The notes beneath the pieces are model-generated. The model saw only the letters and a program-made list of their open reading frames with translations. It did not search any database and had not been told where the DNA came from. From an uncultured Eubacteriales bacterium (GTDB lineage: Bacteria; Actinomycetota; Coriobacteriia; Anaerosomatales; JAHIQC01), in the NCBI GenBank assembly GCA_964565645.1, contig CAZMFQ010000007.1, positions 1 to 64,000 on the forward strand: a DNA stretch of 64,000 bases, in the 5' to 3' direction. Below, piece after piece: positions 27,805 to 34,773 of this stretch (position 1 is the first letter of the stretch; the number at the start of each line of letters is the position of its first letter). Position numbers and translations under genes: made by a program.

Positions 27805-30267
27805 GTGAGAGTACGACGCGTCGAGGGGGAGCCGGTGACAGAAGAAGACACGGCCGCAGGTAGACCCAAGCGCCAGGTCCCGTATTCGATCATCATCACC
27901 TTCGTGCTCGTGGTGATGGTCGTCGCCGCGGGCGGCGCTTGGTACTACAGCGCGCAGCGCAGTTCGCTGCGCGAGCGCGTGATGAACGAGATGGAGACCG
28001 TCGCGGCACTCAAGGCCGAATCGACGGCCTCGATGATGCTCGAGTATTCGAACTCTCTCCTGAGCGACGCACGCAGCCCCTTCCTCTCACAGGCTGCTCG
28101 CCGCCAGTTCGAGACCCCCAACAACGCCGACGCGGTCGCAATCGACGAGAGTCTCAGGCTCAAGATGGAGCGCAGCGGCTACGAAGCCATCGTCCTCCTG
28201 GATGCGAAGGGCGAGCCGGTGGCCCATGTGTCGTCCGACGGCGCCACACCGAGCGTCAACCCCGAAGACCGCCCGCTCTTCGACGGTGCACCTCGGTCGG
28301 AGACCCACAACACCGACCTGTATCTCGATCCGGCAGGCCGGCCGACCCTCGACTTCATAGCCCCACTGCTGGATCCGAGCACAGACGGCGGTCCGCCCTT
28401 CGGATACCTTCTCGCACGGGTCGACCCCGAGCAGGCCCTCTATCCGACACTTCTCACGTGGCCGGTCCCCAGCAAGACGGGCGAGACACTCCTGGTGCGC
28501 CAGGACGGCGACTCCGTACTGTTCCTCAACGAGCTCCGGCACCGCAGGGACACCGCACTCAAGTTGAAGCTGCCGATCACGGAGACGCTTCCCGCGGCGC
28601 GCGCCATCACAGGCGACAACCGTCCGCTTGAGGGACGCGACTACCGTGACGTTCCCGTCGTCGCCGATGGCGAACCGGTGGAGGGCACGGCATGGTACGT
28701 GATCTCCAAGGTGGACTCGAGCGAGGTGTACCAGCCGCTTGAGCGAACCGGCATCATGACAATGCTCCTGGTGATCGCCACGATCCTTGCAGCGGGAGCC
28801 GGAGCCACGTGGATATGGACCCAGCAGAGCCGTGACGCGTATGAACGGCTCTACCTCGAAGAGCGTGCGCGTGCGGGGCTCGAGGAGGAACTGTCCCGCA
28901 ATGAAGAGCGTCTGCGTCTGGCGCTCGAAGCCACGTCCGATGCCGTGTGGGACCTCGACGTGGCGGGCGGCACCGCCGTGGTCAACGCGCGGTACTACAC
29001 CATGCTCGGATTCGATGAGGGCGCCTGGCCGCCGACGCTGCAATCGTGGAGCCACCTCGCCCATCCCGATGATCTCGAGGTCGCCACCGCCGCACTTGAA
29101 TCCATGATCGAAGGCGGGGCCGCAAGCGCCGCCTTCGAGATGCGGCTCCAGACCCGCGACGGTGAATGGAAGTGGGTGCTCTCGCGCAGCAGGGTCGTCG
29201 AACGGGACGCGTCGGGCGCGGCGACGCGCATCATCGGAACGCACGTCGACATGACCGAGACCAAGGCCCGCGAACTCGAACTGGAACGCCATCGCAAGCA
29301 TCTCGAGGAACTCGTCGATGAGCGGACCGGGGAGGTCAAAGCGGCAAACGAACGTTTGCAGGAATCGAACGAGGAGCTCGCCGCCGTCAACGAGGAACTC
29401 GCGGCGATGAACGAGGAGTTGACGGCCAACAACGAGGAGCTCGACCAGACCAACGAGGAACTCGCATCCGTCAACGAGGAACTGCTGTCCAGCAACGAGG
29501 AACTGGCGGCCGTCAACGAGGAACTCAATCAGGCCAACGAACGCATCGAGATCGTCAACGCGCAACTGGAGAAGGCAAGCCGGGCGAAGAGCGACTTCCT
29601 CGCGAACATGAGCCACGAACTGCGCACGCCCCTGAACTCGATCCTGGGCTTCACCGGGGTCCTCCTCCAGGGCATCGCCGGTCCGCTGACCGATGAGCAG
29701 GCCCGCCAGCTCGACATGGTGAGGCACGCCGGGCAGCACCTTCTCGCTCTCGTCAACGACATCCTCGATCTTGAGCGCATCGAATCAGGGGTGTTGGAGC
29801 TCGAACCGTGCGAACTGATCCCTGCCGATATCGTCGTCTCTCTTGTGGACAGCCTCAGACCGCTCGCGGAGGAGAAGGGGCTCGGCCTCACCTACGACCT
29901 CACAGATGCGCCGCCCACGCTTCATGCGGATGCACGGGCTCTCGAGCAGATCCTGTTCAACCTTGTGGGCAACGCGATCAAGTACACGACCGAGGGCGCC
30001 GTCACTGTCACGGTAACGGCCGACGACCGCGAAATGAGGTTCGCTGTCCGCGACACAGGCCCGGGCATCCCGCCTGAACAACTCGAATCGGTGTTCGACG
30101 AGTTCGTCCAGGTCCGCGCCCGCAGCGGCGAGAAGCCGGCGGGCACCGGTCTCGGGCTCGCCGTTTCACGACGTCTGGCCGCGATGCACGGCGGCCGGAT
30201 CGAGCTCCAGAGCACGATCGATGTCGGCAGTGAGTTCGCGCTCGTGATACCGCGCGAAGGGATCTGA
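27805..30267 (+). CDS. Orphan sensor histidine kinase: TM, roughly 270-aa extracytoplasmic sensor domain, TM, PAS, NEEL heptad coiled coil, HisKA, HATPase_c
   Basis: H-box MSHELRTPLNSILGF, N-box LFNLVGNAIKYT, G-boxes VRDTGPGIP and GTGLGLAVSRRLA; PAS segment with W/PAS-like core. No response-regulator gene is adjacent. Confidence 0.85.
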   Translation: MRVRRVEGEPVTEEDTAAGRPKRQVPYSIIITFVLVVMVVAAGGAWYYSAQRSSLRERVMNEMETVAALKAESTASMMLEYSNSLLSDARSPFLSQAARRQFETPNNADAVAIDESLRLKMERSGYEAIVLLDAKGEPVAHVSSDGATPSVNPEDRPLFDGAPRSETHNTDLYLDPAGRPTLDFIAPLLDPSTDGGPPFGYLLARVDPEQALYPTLLTWPVPSKTGETLLVRQDGDSVLFLNELRHRRDTALKLKLPITETLPAARAITGDNRPLEGRDYRDVPVVADGEPVEGTAWYVISKVDSSEVYQPLERTGIMTMLLVIATILAAGAGATWIWTQQSRDAYERLYLEERARAGLEEELSRNEERLRLALEATSDAVWDLDVAGGTAVVNARYYTMLGFDEGAWPPTLQSWSHLAHPDDLEVATAALESMIEGGAASAAFEMRLQTRDGEWKWVLSRSRVVERDASGAATRIIGTHVDMTETKARELELERHRKHLEELVDERTGEVKAANERLQESNEELAAVNEELAAMNEELTANNEELDQTNEELASVNEELLSSNEELAAVNEELNQANERIEIVNAQLEKASRAKSDFLANMSHELRTPLNSILGFTGVLLQGIAGPLTDEQARQLDMVRHAGQHLLALVNDILDLERIESGVLELEPCELIPADIVVSLVDSLRPLAEEKGLGLTYDLTDAPPTLHADARALEQILFNLVGNAIKYTTEGAVTVTVTADDREMRFAVRDTGPGIPPEQLESVFDEFVQVRARSGEKPAGTGLGLAVSRRLAAMHGGRIELQSTIDVGSEFALVIPREGI
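29365..29547 (+). repeat. In-frame tandem 21-nt (heptad) repeats encoding xNEELxx eight or nine times inside the histidine kinase
   Basis: SNEELAA VNEELAA MNEELTA NNEELDQ TNEELAS VNEELLS SNEELAA VNEELNQ ANERIEI; the nucleotide-level repeat AACGAGGA(G/A)CT recurs with 21-nt period. Confidence 0.7.
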
Positions 30268-30302
30268 TCGTCCCGCCCATCGCTGATGCGGTTGCGAAAG
30301 CG

Positions 30303-30330
30303 GAAGGCCGCCTCGGGGGCGGCCTTCTTC
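30303..30330. terminator. Hairpin terminator between the histidine kinase (plus) and tRNA-Ala (minus)
   Basis: GAAGGCCGCC-UCGGG-GGCGGCCUUC followed by UUCUUC. Confidence 0.5.
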
Positions 30331-30338
30331 ATATGCGT

Positions 30339-30414
30339 TGGTGGAGACGAAGGGGCTCGAACCCTCGACCTCAGGCTTGCAAAGCCCGCGCTCTCCCAGC
30401 TGAGCTACGTCCCC
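30339..30414 (-). tRNA. tRNA-Ala (anticodon UGC)
   Basis: Minus-strand read GGGGACGTAGCTCAGCTGGGAGAGCGCGGGCTTTGCAAGCCTGAGGTCGAGGGTTCGAGCCCCTTCGTCTCCACCA: cloverleaf with GTTCGAGCC T-loop, anticodon-loop TTTGCAA, encoded CCA. Confidence 0.9.
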
Positions 30415-30595
30415 GTACGCCCGCTCGCACGGGCAGTAACGTAGTGTACCCGCCACATCGTGCTCGTGCCACCCATCCGCGGTTGCAGGATTGCTCACAC
30501 GCCTGCGCTGGCCATCACCACATCCTCACACCTCCCTCACGCCATTTTCAGCGCAGGGGGGGATGATCCAAGTGCAACGGTGATGAAAGGAGAAC

Positions 30596-30940
30596 GTGAT
30601 GATGCGCTACGGATTCGGGGGCGTCCCCGGGCACATGGCCGGTTTCGATCCGTTCGGAGGTTTGATGATCGTGGGATTCATACTGTTCGCAGCACTGCTC
30701 GGTATCGGGCTATGGGCGATCCTGAGGCGCGACCATGTCTCACACGTCTCATCAGCAGGTGCGGCCACCGGTGCGTTCATGCATCAGGCGCCGGCACAGT
30801 ATCACACCGCCGGCGCAAGCGGGGGTGGAGCGGCCGACCCGCTCTCCATCGTCCGTGAGCGGCTGGCTCGAGGCGAGATAGACGTGGCCCAGTACCAGGA
30901 GATCGTTGCGGCCCTCGGACCGCATACACCTGACGCCTGA
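30596..30940 (+). CDS. SHOCT-domain membrane protein
   Basis: One TM helix plus C-terminal DPLSIVRERLARGEIDVAQYQEIVAAL (SHOCT motif); AAAGGAG RBS. Confidence 0.7.
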   Translation: MMMRYGFGGVPGHMAGFDPFGGLMIVGFILFAALLGIGLWAILRRDHVSHVSSAGAATGAFMHQAPAQYHTAGASGGGAADPLSIVRERLARGEIDVAQYQEIVAALGPHTPDA

Positions 30941-30962
30941 CCGCACGACAACAGGAGTTGAA

Positions 30963-31000
30963 GCAAGGCCCCCGCGAAAGCGGGGGCCTTGCTGCATTTC
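30963..31000 (+). terminator. Rho-independent terminator
   Basis: GCAAGGCCCCCGC-GAAA-GCGGGGGCCUUGC, a perfect 13-bp stem, followed by UGCAUUUCGG. Confidence 0.6.
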
Positions 31001-31074
31001 GGCCCCGAAACATCCCGCGAACTGCTGTCTTTCATCGAACGGACCTTCGTCCGGAACACCAACGTCGCGCAAGT

Positions 31075-31112
31075 GTAACGAACACGAAACGACAGGTCCG
31101 TTGCCGCGAAAC
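31075..31112 (+). promoter_or_regulatory. Candidate GlnR operator (a1-n6-b1-n6-a2-n6-b2) upstream of amtB
   Basis: GTAAC-gaacac-GAAAC-gacagg-TCCGT-tgccgc-GAAAC matches the actinobacterial GlnR consensus gTnAc-n6-GaAAc, with 22-bp spacing between the b-sites. Confidence 0.4.
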
Positions 31113-31252
31113 ATGCGGCTGGTTGCATGGAGCGCACAGCTCGCCCGTCGGGCCTGCTGATCGGACCAAGAGATGTCCTGCGCGAAGGAGGTGTACACGG
31201 GATGGGTCCAATACGAGTTCACTCAACGACAGCAATCAAGGAGGTAGTCTCC

Positions 31253-32596
31253 ATGCTCAAGCGCACGCTGCCGCTGGCCGGCCTCGTAGCCGCGCTGGTA
31301 TTGGCTCTCCCCGCTTTCGCGTTCGCGGCCGACCCCAACGGGGCGGACACGCTTGCGGCGGACCCCACTCTCGCGACGACGTTCATCTGGATGCTTGTCG
31401 CAGCGTTCCTTGTCTATTTCATGCAGGCAGGCTTCGCCATGGTCGAGGCCGGGTTCTGTAGAGCCAAGAACGCCACGAACCTGATGATGAAGAACCTGCT
31501 CGACTTCGTTATGGGGTCGCTCGCGTACTTCGCGATCGGCTTCGCCCTCATGTACGGCGCCGACAAGGCGGGCATCGTCGGAACGACCGGCTGGTTCATG
31601 GCCGGCGGCAACTACGATGTGACGGTCTATCGTGACTTCATGTTCCAAGTCGTCTTCGCCGCTACCGCGGCGACCATCGTATCGGGCGCGGTCGCCGAGC
31701 GCCTCAAGTTCTCCGCGTACCTCGTGTACTCCGTCGTGATCAGCGCGGTGATCTACCCGCTGTACGGTCACTGGGTCTGGGGCGGCGGTTGGCTCTCCCA
31801 GATGGCCACTCCCTTCCACGACTTCGCGGGCTCAGGCGTGGTCCACGCGCTCGGCGGCTTCGTCGGTCTCGCAGGCGCCATGGTGCTCGGTCCGCGCTTC
31901 GGCAAGTACGACAAGGACGGCAAGCCGAAGGCCATCCCGGGTCACAACATCCCTCTCGCAGCCCTGGGCGTGTTCATCCTGTGGTTCGGCTGGTTCGGCT
32001 TCAACCCCGGCTCGACCCTCAACGGCAACGACCTGCGCATCGCAGTGATCGCCGTGAACACCAACATGGCTGCAGCCGCGGGTTCTGCGATCGCCCTGCT
32101 GATCGTCAAGCTCAAGACGGGCACCTTCGACATCGGTATGGCTCTCAACGGCGCACTCGCCGGCCTGGTCGCGGTCACCGCGCCCTGCGCTGTCATCAGC
32201 GGTGGCTCCGCGATCGCCATCGGCGCCGTCGCCGGCGCACTGGTGGTCATGGCCATCTACCTGGTGGAGAACATGGGTATCGATGACCCGGTGGGCGCGT
32301 TCTCCGTCCATGGCGTCAACGGCATCTGGGGCCTGCTTGCCGTCGGTCTGTTCGCCGACGGGACCTACGGCGGCGTCACCGGTCTGTTCTTTGGCGGTGG
32401 TACGGCGCAGCTCGTATCTCAGATCATCGGCGCCGCAGTGGTCGCCGCATGGGCGTTCGGACTCGGCTTCATCACCTTCAAGGGGATGGACCTCGCATTC
32501 GGTATCCGCGTCACTCCCGAAGAGGAGATCCGCGGACTCGATATCGACGAGCATGGTAGCTCGGCATACCCGAACTTCCTGGTAGTGGAAGAGTAG
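31253..32596 (+). CDS. amtB: Ammonium transporter AmtB
   Basis: Signal peptide plus Amt-family motifs (FIWMLVAAFLVYFMQAGFAMVEAGF, DFAGSGVVHALGGFVGLAGAMVLGPR); AAGGAGG RBS. Confidence 0.95.
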   Translation: MLKRTLPLAGLVAALVLALPAFAFAADPNGADTLAADPTLATTFIWMLVAAFLVYFMQAGFAMVEAGFCRAKNATNLMMKNLLDFVMGSLAYFAIGFALMYGADKAGIVGTTGWFMAGGNYDVTVYRDFMFQVVFAATAATIVSGAVAERLKFSAYLVYSVVISAVIYPLYGHWVWGGGWLSQMATPFHDFAGSGVVHALGGFVGLAGAMVLGPRFGKYDKDGKPKAIPGHNIPLAALGVFILWFGWFGFNPGSTLNGNDLRIAVIAVNTNMAAAAGSAIALLIVKLKTGTFDIGMALNGALAGLVAVTAPCAVISGGSAIAIGAVAGALVVMAIYLVENMGIDDPVGAFSVHGVNGIWGLLAVGLFADGTYGGVTGLFFGGGTAQLVSQIIGAAVVAAWAFGLGFITFKGMDLAFGIRVTPEEEIRGLDIDEHGSSAYPNFLVVEE

Positions 32597-32625
32597 ACAC
32601 CAGACCCACCGAGGAGGTGAAGACC

Positions 32626-32964
32626 GTGAAGAAGATAGAAGCGGTGATCCGGCCCGAGAAGCTGGACGACGTCAAGGCGGCCCTCGAGGCGGCCGGTTAC
32701 CCCGGACTGATGCTCACGCGCATCGAAGGCCATGGCAAGCAGAAGGGCCTCATGCAGCAGTTCCGCGGTCGCCAGTACAAGGTGGAGATGCTGCCGAAGT
32801 ACAAGATCGAAGTCGTATGCGCCGACGGTGATTGCGCCAAGATCATCGAGGCGGTATCGAGCTCGGCCCGCACAGGCGAGGTCGGCGACGGCAAGATCTT
32901 CGTCAGTGATATCTCCGACGTGACCCGTATCCGCACCGGAGAGTCCGGAGACGTGGCCATCTAG
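32626..32964 (+). CDS. glnK: P-II nitrogen regulatory protein
   Basis: MKKIEAVIRPEKL...RGRQYKV (T-loop Tyr) ...GDGKIFVSDI...IRTGE. GTG start at 32626 chosen for GAGGAGG spacing; the track start of 32617 is too close to the RBS. Confidence 0.9.
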   Translation: MKKIEAVIRPEKLDDVKAALEAAGYPGLMLTRIEGHGKQKGLMQQFRGRQYKVEMLPKYKIEVVCADGDCAKIIEAVSSSARTGEVGDGKIFVSDISDVTRIRTGESGDVAI

Positions 32965-33044
32965 CGACACACCGTGCGAGTGACGACAGGGCGGGGGCTC
33001 GTCGGCCCCCGCCCTGCGCACACCCGGACCCAGGGAGCGAAGCG

Positions 33045-33383
33045 ATGAAGCGGATCGAAGCCATACTGCGCCCGGAGCGGCTCGAAGAAGTGCGCTCGGC
33101 CCTCGACGAACTCGAGCGGATGGGCATGACGGTCATCGAGACCAAGGGGCACGGCACACAGGGCGGCCTCTCGCAGACCTGGCGGGGGGGCGAATACCAC
33201 GTGACCCTCGTCCCGAAGGTCATGGTCATCGCCGTGGTCCACGACCATGAGGTCACGGAGACCATCGAGACCATCGTCGCGGCCGCACGGACCGGCGTCA
33301 TGGGCGACGGCAAGATCTTCGTCACGCCGGTCGAGCAGGTCATCCGCATCCGGACCGGCGAGTCCGGCGCCGAGGCGCTCTAG
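33045..33383 (+). CDS. Second P-II family protein (paralog)
   Basis: MKRIEAILRPERL...WRGGEYHV...GDGKIFVTPV...IRIRTGE. Confidence 0.85.
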   Translation: MKRIEAILRPERLEEVRSALDELERMGMTVIETKGHGTQGGLSQTWRGGEYHVTLVPKVMVIAVVHDHEVTETIETIVAAARTGVMGDGKIFVTPVEQVIRIRTGESGAEAL

Positions 33384-33433
33384 AGGCCGGGCGATCGGCG
33401 CTTCACGACAGAGCGTCCGACCGGAAACGAAAA

Positions 33434-33472
33434 GAAGGCCCGCGCAACGAGGCGCGGGCCTTCTGTCTTCTC
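33434..33472 (+). terminator. Rho-independent terminator after glnK2
   Basis: GAAGGCCCGCGC-AACGAG-GCGCGGGCCUUC followed by UGUCUUCUC. Confidence 0.55.
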
Positions 33473-33906
33473 ATTGCCGGGATGGCCTTCGCACCGCCCG
33501 AGGTTCCCCTCCAAAAGGATATCCTTGGGAGCTTTCGGCCAAGTGAGCGGTCCCTCTTGGCCTCATCCCACGTGATCCCAGGGGCTTTTGCCCGGGTCTT
33601 CGGCGGCTGAACTCGTCTTGTGTCCTACCGAACAAGTCGCGCCTACCTGACGCGTACCGATCGAACCGACATTGTACGAACCTACACTCCTGACGTCTCT
33701 CTCAGCATGCGGCCAGCTCGAAGCCCTTCATCTGCCATCCCGGCATAAATCGAATCTCTCACCGGGTGATCCACACCTCTTTTGTCAACGTGCCGATCGC
33801 CATCACTGATCGCCTTTGAGTCTATATACCCGCGGAACCGAGACTCGCACGCAAAGAGGCGACCCCGGTTCGGGGCCGCCTCCGGATGGCGCATGTGACT
33901 CCGGTG

Positions 33907-34617
33907 CTACTTGAGCGAGTCGAGGGTCTTGCGCATCTGGTTCTCGGACTGCTCGCCGAGGAGCCGTGTCGCCTCGGTACCGTCGGTGTTGAGGAACACG
34001 AACGTCGGCACCGCGGTGATACCGTACTTCTGGCTCAGGCTCTGGGCCTGTGGATCCGTGTCGGCGTTGATGAGCCGGAACTCGACCTTGCCCTTGTACT
34101 GCTTCTCTAGCCCGTCGACCACGGGCTTCATCGTTTTGCAGCTGGGTCACCAATCTGTGTAGAACTCGTAGAGCACCGGCGTGTCGGTCGCCTTCTCGAC
34201 GGGTGCCGGGGCGACCGCGACGGTCCCCCGCTCGATGTCGCCGTTCCACGCGACCATACCCTGATCGAAGTGGTAGATCTTCTTGAAGCCCGCCTGCGTC
34301 AGGTACTGAACGGCCGACGCCGATCTGGAACCTGTCGCGCAGTAGACGGCCACCGGCTGGGCCGGGTCCAGAGCGGCCGCCTGAGCCGCCATCTGGTCGA
34401 CCGGGATGTTGATGGCACCGGGCACGTGACCTGCCTCGAACTCCCCGGGCGTCCGGACATCCACAACGGTGACGCCGCTTCCCGCGAGTTCGGTGAGCTT
34501 GGTCGAGTCGACCACCTCGACCTGCGCACCGCCGCTCGGACTGAACATGGCAAAGCCCAGCGCGACGACCGCGATGGCTGCCACCGCCCAGACGATGGTC
34601 TTGGTGTTCTTGTTCAT
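33907..34617 (-). CDS. Exported rhodanese-thioredoxin fusion interrupted by one in-frame TGA (34147..34149) at the first Cys position of the Trx CxxC motif; candidate selenoprotein (W-U-P-S-C-K) or a nonsense pseudogene
   Basis: Upstream ORF (34147..34617) has a signal/TM, a rhodanese domain with catalytic loop CATGSRS, and ends ...VLYEFYTDW-TGA. The next 5 codons read PSCKT, then MKPVVDGLEKQYKGKVEFRLINADTDPQAQSLSQKYGITAVPTFVFLN..., which aligns to thioredoxin ([20 protein letters not shown]...KYGIRGIPTLLLF). The two ORFs share one frame and are separated only by the TGA. Confidence 0.6.
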
Positions 34618-34657
34618 CGGGCTCCGCTCCTCGAAGGCCGTACATTCCTGTCGGAGT

Positions 34658-34673
34658 ATACCCCTAGGGGTAT
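34658..34673. promoter_or_regulatory. Perfect 16-bp palindrome ATACCCCTAGGGGTAT in the divergent promoter region, CsoR/CstR/RcnR-type operator-like
   Basis: GC-tract palindrome with AT-rich ends about 40 bp upstream of the rhodanese-Trx start codon; resembles published CsoR-family operators (ATACCC...GGGTAT type). Confidence 0.4.
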
Positions 34674-34773
34674 CTGCCGTGCAACTCCTCGGCTATGATC
34701 GCCGAGGTCGGGGATAATCACGTGTATCGCACCTCACACGCTCCGAGCAAGAAAGCGGCCAGCGTGTGGCCAT

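Noticed and set aside
33470-33900. Possible tmRNA, RNase P RNA or SRP RNA in the 520-bp spacer
   Set aside because: I looked for the tmRNA tag ORF and GGUUCGAnUCC T-arm plus CCA end, the RNase P AGGGUGAAA/GGUAAGAGCGCACC blocks and the SRP GGUCAGGUCCGGAAGGAAGCAGCC motif; none are present. Kept only as an unexplained spacer.
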